Numbered from the whole stretch's first letter, positions 26,013 to 39,196 are shown. The stretch is DNA of 63,987 nucleotides, filler included, from Choristocarpus tenellus KU-1152 (GCA_964200185.2; 13 parts of 13 records of this genome joined end to end with filler, not necessarily neighbours in it); one strand, 5' to 3'. A program made the numbers and translations. The notes: generated by a model from the letters alone, not told the origin.

Positions 26013-26168
26013 TCATTTTTTGGAGAAGCGACTCATTTCGCTTTTGTTCATTTCCTCCCAATCCCCATCAATAAACCGTACCCTCCAGTAAGGTGACTTG
26101 AAATCAAAAACTGTACATGTGTACCACTTATCCCTTTCCTTCTCGTCTTTCCATAAATTCTTGAAAGG
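26013..26168 (-). pseudogene. C-terminal Tudor-like domain fragment, probably transposon-borne
   Basis: KWYTCTVFDFKSPYWRVRFIDGDWEEMN fits the Tudor-like pattern WY.g.V......y.V.f.DGd.E; interrupted by a MITE at 26169. Confidence 0.55.
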
Positions 26169-26243
26169 GAGCCAAAGTATCTTAGAGGGTAGAGCCGCGT
26201 CCATTTGGGGGTCAAAATATAATGTTGTGATTTTGATGAAATT
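26169..26243. mobile_element. MITE family I end, truncated by contig end
   Basis: GAGCCAAAGTATCTTAGAGGGTAGAGCCGCGTCCATTTGG. Confidence 0.88.
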
Positions 26244-26910
26244 NNNNNNNNNNNNNNNNNNNNNNNNNNNNNNNNNNNNNNNNNNNNTTAATTAATTAAN
26301 NNNNNNNNNNNNNNNNNNNNNNNNNNNNNNNNNNNNNNNNNNNACAACACACACATATGAGATGGGTTCAATTGGAGGAGTGGTACTTGCCTGTTGGAAC
26401 CCCCCCCCACCCCCAAAAGGTGTAGGATGTGATGTAGGCATTTCAATGTCAGAAACACGCTTGATGTGTTTGTGACTGTAGTAGGATAAGAATGACCTAC
26501 ATACTACACCTGAAAGGGATAAACTGCTCCACATGCATGGATGGTTGTTTTAGCTAACACGTACACTTCACGTAACAGACTTGCAAAAAATTTATGTCAG
26601 TTACACTGAGACTTCCAGGATTCTAGCCATGAGACATACATTTTAATATAGCGCACTGGTATGCACAAGTGGTGAGCCCCGGAAATGCAGTTCACAAATG
26701 CTTGTAGTGCTTTGGGACCACAGTGTCAATGGCTATTGGATGTGTATTTCTGCTGCACTGACTTTCTGTGAAGAGAGAACTTTTCATTGTACACCCCAAT
26801 TTCCATTCTTTAATGATGTAGTAACGGTTGCACTTTGTGCTTCCCCACCCCTTCCCCTAACCTTCCACCAGTAAGCCCCCCACACTAATGTGCTTCAAAA
26901 TGAACAAAAA

Positions 26911-27851
26911 TCATGCCTCCTTCGTAGGTGTCAAGATGCTAGAACCCATCACCATACCCCCCACCCGCTCGACAGGGGGCATGTTACGGTCGGCTCGCAT
27001 CTCGTTGATATCTGACAAGAGCTGCTGCTCCCACTCAGGTACCTTGACTCCAAGCCACATCCCCAACCCACCACCCACGACATACTCCCAAGGCTCTGAC
27101 ATACAAGGCGGCACAACAAAAAAGGTGGACCAAGGCGAGAGGAAAGAGGGAAAAATGTCAGAAATAGCACTCAACGACCTTCAAGAGGTACCGCAGTTAT
27201 TTTCTTGCTTAAGCTCTCCTAATAAGTGGCCGAGTCTTAGGCATCGCAGACAGGGTACCTTAGCAAAATGAACACGACCGCGCATCAAGCTGTAGATGAC
27301 TAATCATCAATATGGAGATGTCTAAAGCGCGCTACAGTCGTAGAAGGTAGAAGAACTCAAACACATTGAGACGGCATTATAACCCGGGCTTTCTTTCAGT
27401 GATGGTACGTAAGTTATGCATTCGCACCACTGATGTAACAATTTGTCAAAGGCTGGTTGACATCGCTGTAGAATTCCTTATAGAAACTTGTCCTACACAC
27501 CTGCTGCGAACTCTTACACTGTATGTACGTTCTGGAGCGAAATATATGCAAGAACAATGAAAACGACTGGGAAAAGAGGCGGCCATTTCACAAGAAGAGG
27601 GAATCTTCAGATGTAACTCAGTTTGCTGTTATTGGCAATACCCACATCACTTAGTGGTGTCTGACGACTCTGGTGGTGAGTTGCGAAGTATGTTTTTGGC
27701 CTCGACTACAACGAATAACCAAAAGAGGGAAACAGAAATGTTGCATGCCATCTTTCTCACCTCTACGTAGTGGGAGCTTCCTAATCTCGTTCATGGCCGC
27801 CTTCGTCGCAAGGCCAAATGCACCCCCAACCAACATAGTGGTGGCCCCCAT
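26911..27851 (-). CDS. NDUFC2: Mitochondrial complex I subunit B14.5b/NDUFC2-like, 91 aa
   Basis: Exons 27761-27851 and 26911-27095 (GT-AG, phase 1) give MGATTMLVGGAFGLATKAAMNEIRKLPLRREPWEYVVGGGLGMWLGVKVPEWEQQL.... The G...GL......N..RKLP..R.PWE.V.G.GLG motif matches plant-type B14.5b as I recall it. Confidence 0.85.
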
Positions 27852-28143
27852 CTTGAAGAACTCTGAGAGACTATCTTTATCACGACTACCAAGCACGTAA
27901 AAATCCAAAGGATAAACCCCAAAATTACCAGCCCTTCCCTTTCCTTGGTCTGACTGAGCTGTCTCAAGCGCAGCCCAACAAGGGAAGGCAAAGAAGTTGT
28001 CTACTTGTATAATGTGGTGAGAATCACTTTTAGGGTTAGGGATAGGACACACACACAACGAACAACATAAACCTGAAGGTAGTGCAAACACTGTTCAGTG
28101 AGAATCTGGTAAGGAGCACGACAGAACCCCCCACGCTCTCAAC
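27852..28143. promoter_or_regulatory. Putative bidirectional promoter (292 bp between divergent ATGs)
   Basis: Position between two divergent start codons; contains TTTAGGGTTAGGG at about 28028-28041. Confidence 0.6.
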
Positions 28144-30371
28144 ATGTTTACTGCTGCTCGTCCGATTATCCGGTCAGCCCCCCTGCGGACTGCTGCTTCG
28201 CGAGTAGCCAAGGCGGGGCAGCCGAAGCGTGGAATGGCAGGTGGTCCCGCCCCACAGTACGAAGGCTTCGAGGCGAAAGTTCGTGAGAAGCTGCCCAAAG
28301 ACGAGCAGGTATGCTCACCTGCACAACCCTGCTACTTTCCTCTAGTCTTTTTCGCATTGTCCATGTATGTTATAGAATTATCTGGGACACCTCAAGAGTG
28401 GGAGTACTGTCTTTTTCAGTCCTGAATGGGTGTGGTGTAGGTGGCGATTTGCCCTGCGTCAGAACAGAGCGCCCGATCTTCTTGCAAGGAGCATTCGAAA
28501 TTTTACAAGGGTCAACTGAAAATTTTCTGCAGTCACCCTTGTTTAGACATGCACCAGAGCAGATGGATGTAGACCAATGGCCGCTGACGGTGGTTTTGAT
28601 CAATACAAAAAAGGGCCACATGAAAGATGGAGATATGTTAGTTCGCTGCAGAATTCGTCTCTGAATATGAACCCCGTGTCAATGGTCCATAATTGCATCG
28701 CAGTGGAAGGGTCAAAACTCTCCAACTGGCATTTTTTGGCGGATTTGTAACTATGGGGTAAGAGGGAATTGCCCACGACCAATATTCATTCTCCTATGAT
28801 CCTCTACTGATGATTTGATATGTTGGCAGCAAAAGCTTGACCAGTACCTGTTGCCTTATCTAATTTCAAATATTTTCTTGGCCTTCAGATGCCCGTAGCA
28901 ATCATCTCCATCATCATTGCTTTCTTCGACACCTCACGCTGCACGTTTCCTTTTGTGCACACCTATGTCTGGCGTGTACACAATGCATACCAAAAAAAAA
29001 ATCTCGCTTAGGGTTTTTTCCTACTTGGTAGTGTAACAGAATAGATAGCTCAAAGCAAGTTGTATTGCTATCCCTCACAAGGAACAAGTGCTTTTGTGGT
29101 AAAAATCCTCACCCCAAATATTCCCCCCCCTACCCCCTGCAACCGTCCCAGCTTGTGGTGGCCATCACGGGTTTCTACGTTGGCTTGTACGCTCTGTTCA
29201 AGGCTGGATCAGCAGTTTTTTCGTCTCCCAAGAAGAATGTGCCAGTGGCTGGTGAGTCCCCACCGTGTCTTCTGCCCCAAACAAAAATATGTTGGTTGAT
29301 TGTATTTTCGAGACACCATCAATAACACAGTTATTAATAAAGCTCAGCACAAATAGTTCCGTCCTTTAGACTTCTATTATATATATATATTTATATATAT
29401 ATATATTTAAGCTTATGTTTTACCCCACCTGCACGGAACAAGTAGCCTGTGCTAGTTCTTTGTCAACGGTGCCTCATCTGATCTTGTGATCTTACATTGA
29501 ACTCGACGCATCCATTGTGTGACGGACTGCAGTGTGCCATGAGACAGATCGACATGGGGAAAACACCAAGTTTGAGGGCTGCCACACATTCAGTGAAGTT
29601 GCTAAAATCTTGCAATTCGCACCTGTTCCACTGTTGTCTTTTTGCTGCTTGCCCCCCTCCAGCATCTTTTGCGCACAATCCAATTCTTAGTCTTTCCTTT
29701 GTTTCTGGACATAACCCAAGAGGAATGACCTCTACTGAAAAGATGTGGCAACTGCTTTGTATGATGCCCTTGTCAAGTGTCCTCGTTGGTTCCTCAATTG
29801 ATCCTTCATGTGGGACAAAGCTTTTCTTGATCTGCAGAAAGTTACCTTGTTGCTTGCCACTGTGCATATAGTATATTTACCCGTTGCCCCAAATATATCT
29901 ATAGTGCATATTGTGGCTGCCTCCCCTCTCATCAAAATTCACTCTATGACCTGCTTATGACCACAATACCCAGCTAGGCTAGTGAAAGCAAGGTAGCCCA
30001 ACCTTCTTGAAGTTTATGTTGTGATGTGACCCTTGGAACTGCTGTCTAAGTTGATGCTTTTGGATAAATCTCCTTTCTTGTTCCATACCAGGACAAGGTT
30101 TCTTGATACAAGCACTTAAAGTTGAACAGATTTGGAGCATACTGCATGAGTTTCTTCTTTTTCTGACCTCCCGCCCCCCATCCCCCCCTCCAATCCAACC
30201 CCTATTACCCCTTGACTTATTCTGTGTTCCCCATCCGCTGAAGCTACCCCAGTGGCTGCCCCAACTGGTGATTCCGAGATCCCAGCTGATGGAGCCTCAG
30301 ATGAGTTTTGGGCATGGCTGGAACTGGAGGGTAATATGGAGAAGTACTTGGCCACGATCAAGCCAGAGTAA
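28144..30371 (+). CDS. Small mitochondrial single-TM protein, 130 aa, family not identified
   Basis: Exons 28144-28308, 29152-29251 and 30244-30371 join in phase to a TAA stop. Arg/Ala-rich presequence with no acidic residues ending KRGMAGG, then TM LVVAITGFYVGLYALF, then acidic C-terminus DEFWAWLELEGNMEKY. Confidence 0.8.
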
Positions 30372-30745
30372 TGTTGTGTTGAGGAGGGTGACAGCAACAC
30401 TGATAAATATCCTTTGTCCAATGCGATCTCTTGTGTCTGTACATGCAAGGCCTTTCGTCTCCACCTTGTGCTCTCCAATATCATCTACTTTTGTGTTTTT
30501 GTAATGGAGTCTGCTGGAAGGAAGCATTTGCCAGAGAGGTCTGGTTGAATAACAGGAATTGACTTTGGAATTGGGTTGCACATTGTAGTGAAGGTGTCAA
30601 TATTGGCATGAAGAGGGAACCAAGGTGGGAGAATGAGAGAGGGGGNNNNNNNNNNNNNNNNNNNNNNNNNNNNNNNNNNNNNNNNNNNNTTAATTAATTA
30701 ANNNNNNNNNNNNNNNNNNNNNNNNNNNNNNNNNNNNNNNNNNNN

Positions 30746-30889
30746 CCCCCCTCCCAGATACTTTGGGTCGGAACAAGGACATTGAAACTGCCTAACAACA
30801 CGATAGTCAAAATTATATCAAAATCGCAACGTTGGAATTCGGCCCTCAAATGGACGCGGCTCTACCCTAACCCTAAGATACTTTGGCTC
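30746..30889. mobile_element. MITE family II end (30746-30769) joined inside a family I copy
   Basis: CCCAGATACTTTGGGTC is followed directly by family I internal sequence ending TAAGATACTTTGGCTC. Confidence 0.8.
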
Positions 30890-33800
30890 CAAAGTCGTTC
30901 AGCCAATCATATATAACCTTCCAACGAGTTTTCAAGTTTTCAAGCATCATTTCCACCGCCATCCCCTTTGTGTGCAGTGAACCATTAGCAAACGAATGAG
31001 CAGAGTACCTCAGGTGCGCATTTCTTCAACCCTCAAACTAATTGATGTCTCCCTTTCACAACAACAACCTGGCCTAGCGATGATACCCTTGTGAATCCAA
31101 GCTGGTGGGCACCTGCCAAGGAAAAACCGGAGGACCTTCCTGAGGCCACAAGAGCCATCATTGAGGAATATAACCAGTGCGACCTTGCCTTGTACCAGCA
31201 CGGAAGGCAAGAAGAAAAAGAGGTTGGGTGTACCAGAATTTTCTGTATTGGGAGTGAACCAGGTCAGGCAGGTCATTGAAATTTCTGTGAGGCCCTTGAA
31301 GGAACTTGAAATCAACCCCATGCCTTCAAAACCCAACTTGAGCCAAACGCAACGGCAACCAGGGGAAAAGCTTATCATCCGTATACCTTCTCTTCAAGAG
31401 AAACTGTCTGTTCCCTTACCATCATCAACATGGATATCATGAGCCTAATCTAGGGGGTGAGACACCCCAGGGGTGAAGGCTAGATTGAGATACTAATAAT
31501 GTGTAGAAAGCACTATATATAAGCCCATCTGTGTCTATGGCCATTTGTCAAAGGCCATAGGCTCAAGATTTGTTTCGCCATTGTGGGGTAAGAGTCCTCC
31601 AGATTCAGGGATGGGGTACAGCAAGATTGTCTCCATCAAGTTCCAAGAACAATGCCAACAAGCAGAGAAAAAGCTGAGGTGTATTGAGGCAAACCCTCGT
31701 CTAAAATGTACAGATTGTTGAGTTATATTATATGGAAGAACCATAACAGAGGTTCTTGTCTCCTGATAACCTACAATGGGCAACAGGCTCCAAGAAGCAT
31801 ATCGAAGAATGGTGCATACAAGTCACCAAGCACGTATCCAACTTCAAAGAAAAACCTCCATGGATGATAACTCACCCTCTCACTGGTGTAGGCTTAAGAG
31901 TAGAGCTATCATGAATTGCACTTCCACCATAAAGTGACAACTGTACAGTGCATCATTGATGTGCTGGTACTAAAGCGGGAAACCTCCAATGGCACAGGGT
32001 GTGCTCTAGAATATTTTGCTCCCTGTACTAGTGAAAACAATAATTGAGTGCAGTGCATGTAGTGTTGCAGTGTAGACTCATTCTCCCAGCTCAATGTGCC
32101 AAGTGGACTACATTAACTGATTAACTTTTGCTGTTCGCACAATGTTCTCTACCCCCCCCTAGTCATGTTTATGTACGTATATCTTGGCTTGAGTATTGAG
32201 TAAAGTCGCATTCATCCAGAATTTGGACCTACGGCGTCTCACTCTTTGGCTCATTCCTCTCACTGACTGAGTATACCTGTGACCTTTCCAGTTTCCTAAG
32301 TAATCAAACCCTCGTTGTCATTTTATCAGCAAACCCAATTTCCCCAATCAATTTCTCTTGTCGTCATATTTCGATCAGGGAGCGATTTGCACAGCAAATG
32401 GAATTCATAGCAGCTTCTCAGAACAAACCAAGCCCCATCGTCAGTGGTGGGAGGGATACTGGGTAGAGCAATAATTTCGAGCTGGAGAGTAGGTCGAGAG
32501 CAACTGAGTAGTTTGCTTCATAGGAATGCTCACACAACCCCCCCGGTGGAATTGGACACAGTTGTGAAGATTAGGGGATGAGTGCCTTGCTGGGGGGATA
32601 GGATAGCAAACTCCTTGCAGGACAGAAGTGGACAAGAACAAAATTCCATATCTGGGGCAGGAAAGGGGATAAAGTGACATGAAGACAGAAGCCTCTCAAC
32701 AGATCTAGAATCATCACCAGCGATTTACAAGGTAGATTTTCCTTGAGGTTACACCTTCAGAAATATCTGACTGTGTCCGAGGGTTCACCTCTAGGACAGC
32801 AGATATGGTCGGGAGTGGCTTCAGACTTTGCCGGACGACTGGGTTCTACTCCAATGGATTCGGGAAAAGTTGGGGCATTAGGAACATGCACAAGTTCAAG
32901 TTGCTACTAATCTCACTCTATGTGGGTCGAGGAACGACCTGTTCACTGCATTTGATTGAAATTAGAGGTTTTGTGGCAACCGCCCAAGTAGGACTCCTTA
33001 TGATATGCTAGCAGTATTGAATGTGAAGGATATTAGCCCAGTGCGAATCTTACGACGAACACTTAATAGTGTTGTTGGTGTTAAAGTTATGAGCAAGTTT
33101 AAGAACAGCGAGAACATGCTTACATTATGTGACGCACCTTCAAAATGTGACCTTGTCCAGCATTGCAGGTTGTGTAGCTGCAATATTGGTATTTGATACT
33201 GTATGTGCATTTCATATGGTACTTTTTACAAGAATATATAAACAAAATACTCTCAAAGCCCACTGTGCACCTGATATGGGAGAGCTGTGTGGTTCTGTCC
33301 TATACTGTCCTAGAGGGGTTTCAGGCGTCCATTTGGGGCCTGTGTAACCTTGTGGTCTCATGTCATATTAATGGAGGCGTCAGATGTGAGGGATATCTCC
33401 TTCATTTTTCACGTTCCTCTAACATCCCCTTGCCTAGACCAAATCTGAAGAAATAATCACCAGAAAAACAGGCGGCAAACTGGGGTATCTTACAACAGCC
33501 CATCAAGCCCTGAATTGACGATCGTGTCCAAATCAAACCCCCCTCAAGGATGCTATGGACCTCTTTGACTTTTCTACTTCATGGGTGTTTCTTGCTTCCT
33601 ATTTAGGTCAGTATTTGCTTCCTTGCTTATTATAGTGTCCAATCGCTCAAAATACCTATTCAATACACAAAGCACCAGTTGACATGGATAGGTTGATGCA
33701 GGTTGTGACAAAGGTGTTGGTACAGTATCTATCCACATGCTGACTCATCCACCAAGCAAACATCAAGGTAGATACTGTGCTGACAAGTGGTAACAGAAAT

Positions 33801-35657
33801 GAAGTACTATGTGATCACTTACGGATCGGAGGGAGCCAGAGTAAACAAGAGGTACCCAGGTTTTGGCTATTTTGCATTTTTAGCCAGTTTTTAGTATATT
33901 TTGCAATTCACTCATGTTTATATTTATATGAATGAAGTGCTAAGGTTGACTTAAGAACGTTGATCTCTCTATTGATTCAAAGTATCTGGGGGGGGGGGGG
34001 GCGTGATGTATGTATGTATATATATATATATATTTATGTATATGTGTATATATATAAATATNNNNNNNNNNNNNNNNNNNNNNNNNNNNNNNNNNNNNNN
34101 NNNNNTTAATTAATTAANNNNNNNNNNNNNNNNNNNNNNNNNNNNNNNNNNNNNNNNNNNNCCGACCTCGACAAAAAATTCCTTATTGTGAAGAGGATTT
34201 GCCCCAGATACTTTGAGCCAATAACTGAAGGGTGCAGAGTCGGCCCATCAAGAAAAATTTAATCTACATAAATCCAACAATCCACAATGCAACACATTTT
34301 ACATTATTTTGCCCAAGCAAATACCCTAATCACAATTATTAATACTTTCAACCGGTGTGTGTTTAGTAGGGTTTGGGTTAAGTCAGTGGTTTGGTATGAC
34401 TAAGAAAACTGTTGGTAGTATGTGTGAAATTACTTGTACTGTTTGGGGTAAATGTATAGAGTCATATTTCTCTGCTAACTGACAATTTCCAGAAGTTGGA
34501 AAAGGTGGGAATTTCCGGATTCGATAGCAGCCGGTCTGTGGTGATAATACTTCAAGTTATAGCACTGATTTCAACAAGCTAAACCAAACATTCGACCATG
34601 TGAACATAACAACCCAAAGGCGAATCTTGTGATTCTGTGGCGGCATGGCTCACTCACTCAATCACCAGGCAAGATGGACCAGACAAACCAAGAAAACCAT
34701 AACTGAGAGGACGAGATTAAGATTGGGCAAGGACAGGAGGGAAGAGTGGAGAGTGGGGATCTCCTGAGAGTGGGGATCATCAGAGTGAGAAGATGTGGCT
34801 TCGAAGGGAATCCTTGACTCTTGGTGGTTTTGAATGAAGAGAAGTCCACTGCCTGTGGGACTGGTCTCTTGAAGAGATTCTATTCGCTCTGCCTCATTGA
34901 CGATTTTCCATCCGAACCCAGAATTCCTGGCAAGGAACCTCAAACAGTATGTATCGCAGTATATGGCATACAGCATTAACGGTATGACACCAGACAGACA
35001 ACCCTGGCTTCCGCAACACCGATCATCATCTGCAAATATAACTACTACAAAAAGAAAGTTCCTAAAACCCAATATAGAACTCATCACTGATGTATAGGTA
35101 AACACACATATACATATAGTATATTATTCAAAACCACAGTACTGACCCTTCAGCTTCAATTTTCCTGACTCCCCTCTCTCCATACACATCCATTTCACAT
35201 AACAAAGGAGGACTGTATCCACCTATTATCTTTGTCACAAACTGCATTGATTCGGATATCACATGGCGCGTAACTCCCTTCACGTGAGAAGTTAAATTAA
35301 TACTGATTTTTGATTTAGAATCTGAAAAAAAAACTTTATATTATTTGTCGATTCGCACATGTGGTGGGTGAAGTACCTGGCACCCCAGCGTGGATTGAAA
35401 AGGGAGCAAAGAGGCCCCGAGATCTGAAGGACCGGGTCAAAGGCCTTCCGACCACTATCAGACCATGCCTAGCGAGGAAGGGGATGGCAAAATAGGAAAG
35501 AGAATAATCTTACGATCTTTGAGAAAAAGGTGGTTATTATCATGAACCTCCTTGCGACCAGTAGGGACGTCCAGCATCTCCTGGTTGAGCATCAGCAGGA
35601 TATAGAAGTACTATAGATAGCTGAAGGACCCTAATACCCATGATCTGGAATATGGAA

Positions 35658-35769
35658 GAACTGCTACTTCAATCCTACCTAGCTCCAACCCATGGTCAGA
35701 GGCACCACTAACCCTAACCAACTACTAGTTCAATCCTACCTAGCCCCAACCCATAGTCAGAGGCACCAC
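35658..35769. repeat. Direct duplication of a ~50-bp unit
   Basis: AACTRCTASTTCAATCCTACCTAGCYCCAACCCATRGTCAGAGGCACCAC occurs twice, separated by a CTAACCCTAACC spacer. Confidence 0.85.
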
Positions 35770-36699
35770 AAACTGCGCTATTGAAGTACTTCTCATTCAC
35801 TACAAACTTATTGTTATACTACTGTCAATTGCACTGCCCTGACCATGGTTTGGACAAGTTTCTCTCACATCCAGCCCAGTCATGGACGCGGTCATCCTCC
35901 ATTCATCTCATCGTTTGTTACCCAGTACATCCACCCTCAACTCTTGTACAAACTAAACTCCATCCAATTATATCTTCCCAACACGATTCGGTGAGGTCTT
36001 CCACAATCCTTTTTGTGGTCTAACGACAGTTAGAAGGGTACAGGTGTACCTTTCCGTTACCACTTCCCATAAGGTACATCGTCACCTGAATAATTTGAAA
36101 TGGAAGTCTGACCTTGACCAGATTTGAACCCTCGCATTCCGATGAGAGAAGTGATAGATTGGTATCGAGGTTGGAGAACAGGAGAGGAGTGAGTCCAACT
36201 CTAATGTTTTGATATTTAATCTGGGATCAGGGAGGAAGTATATGGTTAAAGTACGTACCGAATTCCAAAATAAAAGTAGAAATGGGTAGTCATAAATCCA
36301 AGGTGACTTTGATATTTCTACTTTTTTGTTATCATTCATATCTATAAATTTTAAACTTCAAACTTTAAACTTTGCTACAACCAAAACTTCCTCTTGATGC
36401 CAAATCAAAAAACAAAATATGAACCATGACGATAACGGTCAAATAGGTGGTAGTTGTAATGGGTGTCAAATCCAAATATCATTTTTTATTTATGCGTTTG
36501 TCTTTACCATAACTCACAATGAATTTTACGCTGATACGGACACCTTCCACACTAGTGAACCAAAGTCGTCCTCAGAAGTTGGCAGCACCATATGTCACCA
36601 ATTACATACCGAAAGAGATGGTTGCGCTTGGTGGTGACTGTTGCCAGCAAAGGAGAACAAGTGCTCAAACGCAGCTGAAGTGGCCAGTGCAGGTAGATA

Positions 36700-37000
36700 C
36701 ACGTGTGTCAGCTTACTCAATTCCACATAAACCTCCTTCCTTCGCCTTCCGCCATTTGAGGACACCACCAACTAGCTCCTCCACCCCATCCGCATCCACT
36801 CATTGGCTGCATACCATGACATACCTCCAGCTGGCATTGCAATTTATCCTCAGGTGATATCCAACCATGATATCTTGTGGGCACTTCCCCCATCTCTGAT
36901 GGAGGGCGCCCCATCACCCATCCTGTGTCGTCTAGATCACCTTCTTGAAAACCTTAGTCATGTTGAGCTGCTAGCTGCTCTCATTAGAGGAGGAGGGGAT
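36700..37000. repeat. Degenerate dispersed repeat shared with about 42610-42900
   Basis: Shared blocks such as AAACCTCC..CCTTC..CCATTGAGG..CCACCAA, TGTGGGCACTTCCCC and CTGCT.G.TGCTCTCAT. Probably an old retroelement. Confidence 0.55.
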
Positions 37001-37441
37001 ATCTCCCCCCTTATCTACATTTCCTTTTGCTTGAACTTCCTCGTCGTCCTCCTCCAATGGATTCACATGGTTGTAGAGGTCGTTCCTGGTGAGCACCTCA
37101 GTCAGAGAGTTGGTTGTGTTCAGTCACGATCTTTTTCACCTCAGTTTCGATTAAAGCTCGGCACCTGTAAATTGAATGGAATTGATGAGTTCACATTGCG
37201 TACATTATTTTCGCCATATGTCGTCCATCAATCAGTGCATTTGCTGATTTACTCACATTAGGAAGTGATTTTGAATTGAGGAGGGCAGATATTGTGTTTT
37301 AGGATATTCTGTTTTAGGAAACTATTTCAGGGACAAAGATTATGTTAAAACATTATGTCAAAAATCAATAATACAAGGAACTACACTTCCTTGTAGACAA
37401 AAATTTGACCCAAAATTTTGGGCAAATCCACTAATATTACA

Positions 37442-37576
37442 GGCTCAAAGTATCTAGGGGAGGGTGGCGGCTGTCCATTTGGGGTCACTTTTTTCATATC
37501 GCGATTTTTGGGTGATGTGGTTGCATACGTCGGATGGATAATGTAAATTCACTTTTCCTGATTTTGGTCCAAATGG
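37442..37576. mobile_element. MITE family II, truncated by contig end
   Basis: GGCTCAAAGTATCTAGGGGAGGGTGGCGGCTGTCCATTTGGGGTC. Confidence 0.88.
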
Positions 37577-37840
37577 NNNNNNNNNNNNNNNNNNNNNNNN
37601 NNNNNNNNNNNNNNNNNNNNTTAATTAATTAANNNNNNNNNNNNNNNNNNNNNNNNNNNNNNNNNNNNNNNNNNNNTTTTTTTTTTTTTTTGATGCCCAA
37701 ACCCCATGCCCCCGACGCCCCCCTCGCCTCCACCGTTTTTTTTTTTTTTTGTATGGGATTTTTTTTAGTTTAGTTTTTTGTTTGGGGGGCAGGGGTGTGT
37801 CGAGTTTTAAGTTCTAGTCTGTATGTTACTCGTAGTACTA

Positions 37841-37875
<35 letters not shown>

Positions 37876-38782
37876 GTACACACAATACGATTCATGCTGT
37901 AGTTGAGAGAAAAAAAAAAGGTGACTCACAACCAGAAAAAAAGGTACTGCAAAGATGTGAATGAATTTGCAACAATAGCTTTCTTAAGGTGTCTTCATAA
38001 CCTTGCATGCATTATTGTGGGTGTAGGCTTCATTTACTCCTTGCCTTACTCAGGTCTGGAGTTGGAGGAAAGGGTGAAGGAGAATCGACCAATCTTTTCG
38101 TAGTGCTGTCATCTGCAGATCAAAGATGTGCTAGGGTGAACAAGGGGTTGCGAGCACAGATACAGTACATCATGAACCCAGAAAAACGAAAGGACATCAA
38201 ATATCCAGTTTCAGGTTTACATGGACACTAACGACTCACATCAGCTCTGCATTCTATTAGAGATTTAGCAAAAAAAATAGCAGTGTAACACTTCTGCTGC
38301 CGTACAATACCAAAGTCATTATGTTGATTACGTATTTTGGCTTCTTCCAGTGGGTGGAATGGTAGTTGCTCATACTCACGATACCATGATAATAATTACG
38401 TATTGTCACCATCACGATACCACTTTGTCATTGAAGAGCTCATGATGGTGACAATACGATTAGGGCTGAGGAGAAAGTAGTAGTTAACACATACCATGGC
38501 CAACACATGCAGTAGAGAGGAATCTTGACAGCTACACATGGAGGTGCGGTCGACCTGATTGAGAAAACGCTGGATATACCCTTCGTTGGGTCTACAACAG
38601 TACCCAGAGGTGTAATGCCATCTCCAAACCGGCCACATCGTAAGGGAAGGTTTGGCACTTCCCACAAATGCATCGTGTAAAAACAGTGAGAAACACTCTC
38701 AGATATCACGACAAATACTAGAAACATGAACATACTACACACAAGTGCTTCTCCTGAACGAAAAACACTAGGGAAATATCAC

Positions 38783-39196
38783 CTTGGATAGCAACAGGTC
38801 GCTTCCTCCCATGTATCTGTACTCCATCTTGTACCCTGTCGGTCCCGCCTCCTTGGCGAAAATACGCCCTTCCTCATCCACCTCTGTTGTCGTGCTTGAC
38901 ATGGACGTCATTGCGCGGAAATGGCCTCTTGTGTTAGCACCCCATCCCCTCTCCTCCCTACCCGTCTTTCCTGTCCCACCTTGCCTATTTTGCATTTCCA
39001 GGTCTCCCCTACCTATTCCCTTGGATCTTCCACCTGCAGAGTTATATAAAGCAGCTGCTGGTCGGCCTAGGGCTGCTGGTACACAGAAGGCATTTGTCGG
39101 GCTCACTGCCAGTCCTGAAGCTGCCAGGAGCGAGAAAACCCTTATGAGCGGTCTGGTGAGATGTACCAGCAGGAGAGGCAAGGGCATGCGGAGCAT
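38783..39196 (-). CDS. First exon of a plastid-targeted aldo-keto reductase (Tas-like)
   Basis: 138 codons ending at a GT donor. Hydrophobic signal followed by TNA-FCVP (ASAF-type cleavage motif). MEYRYMGGSDLLLSK is a typical AKR N-terminus. Later exons not found. Confidence 0.7.

Noticed and set aside
27972-28041. Plant-style site II (AGCCCA) plus telo-box promoter module
   Set aside because: One hexamer is expected by chance, and TTAGGG tracts are scattered throughout the window.
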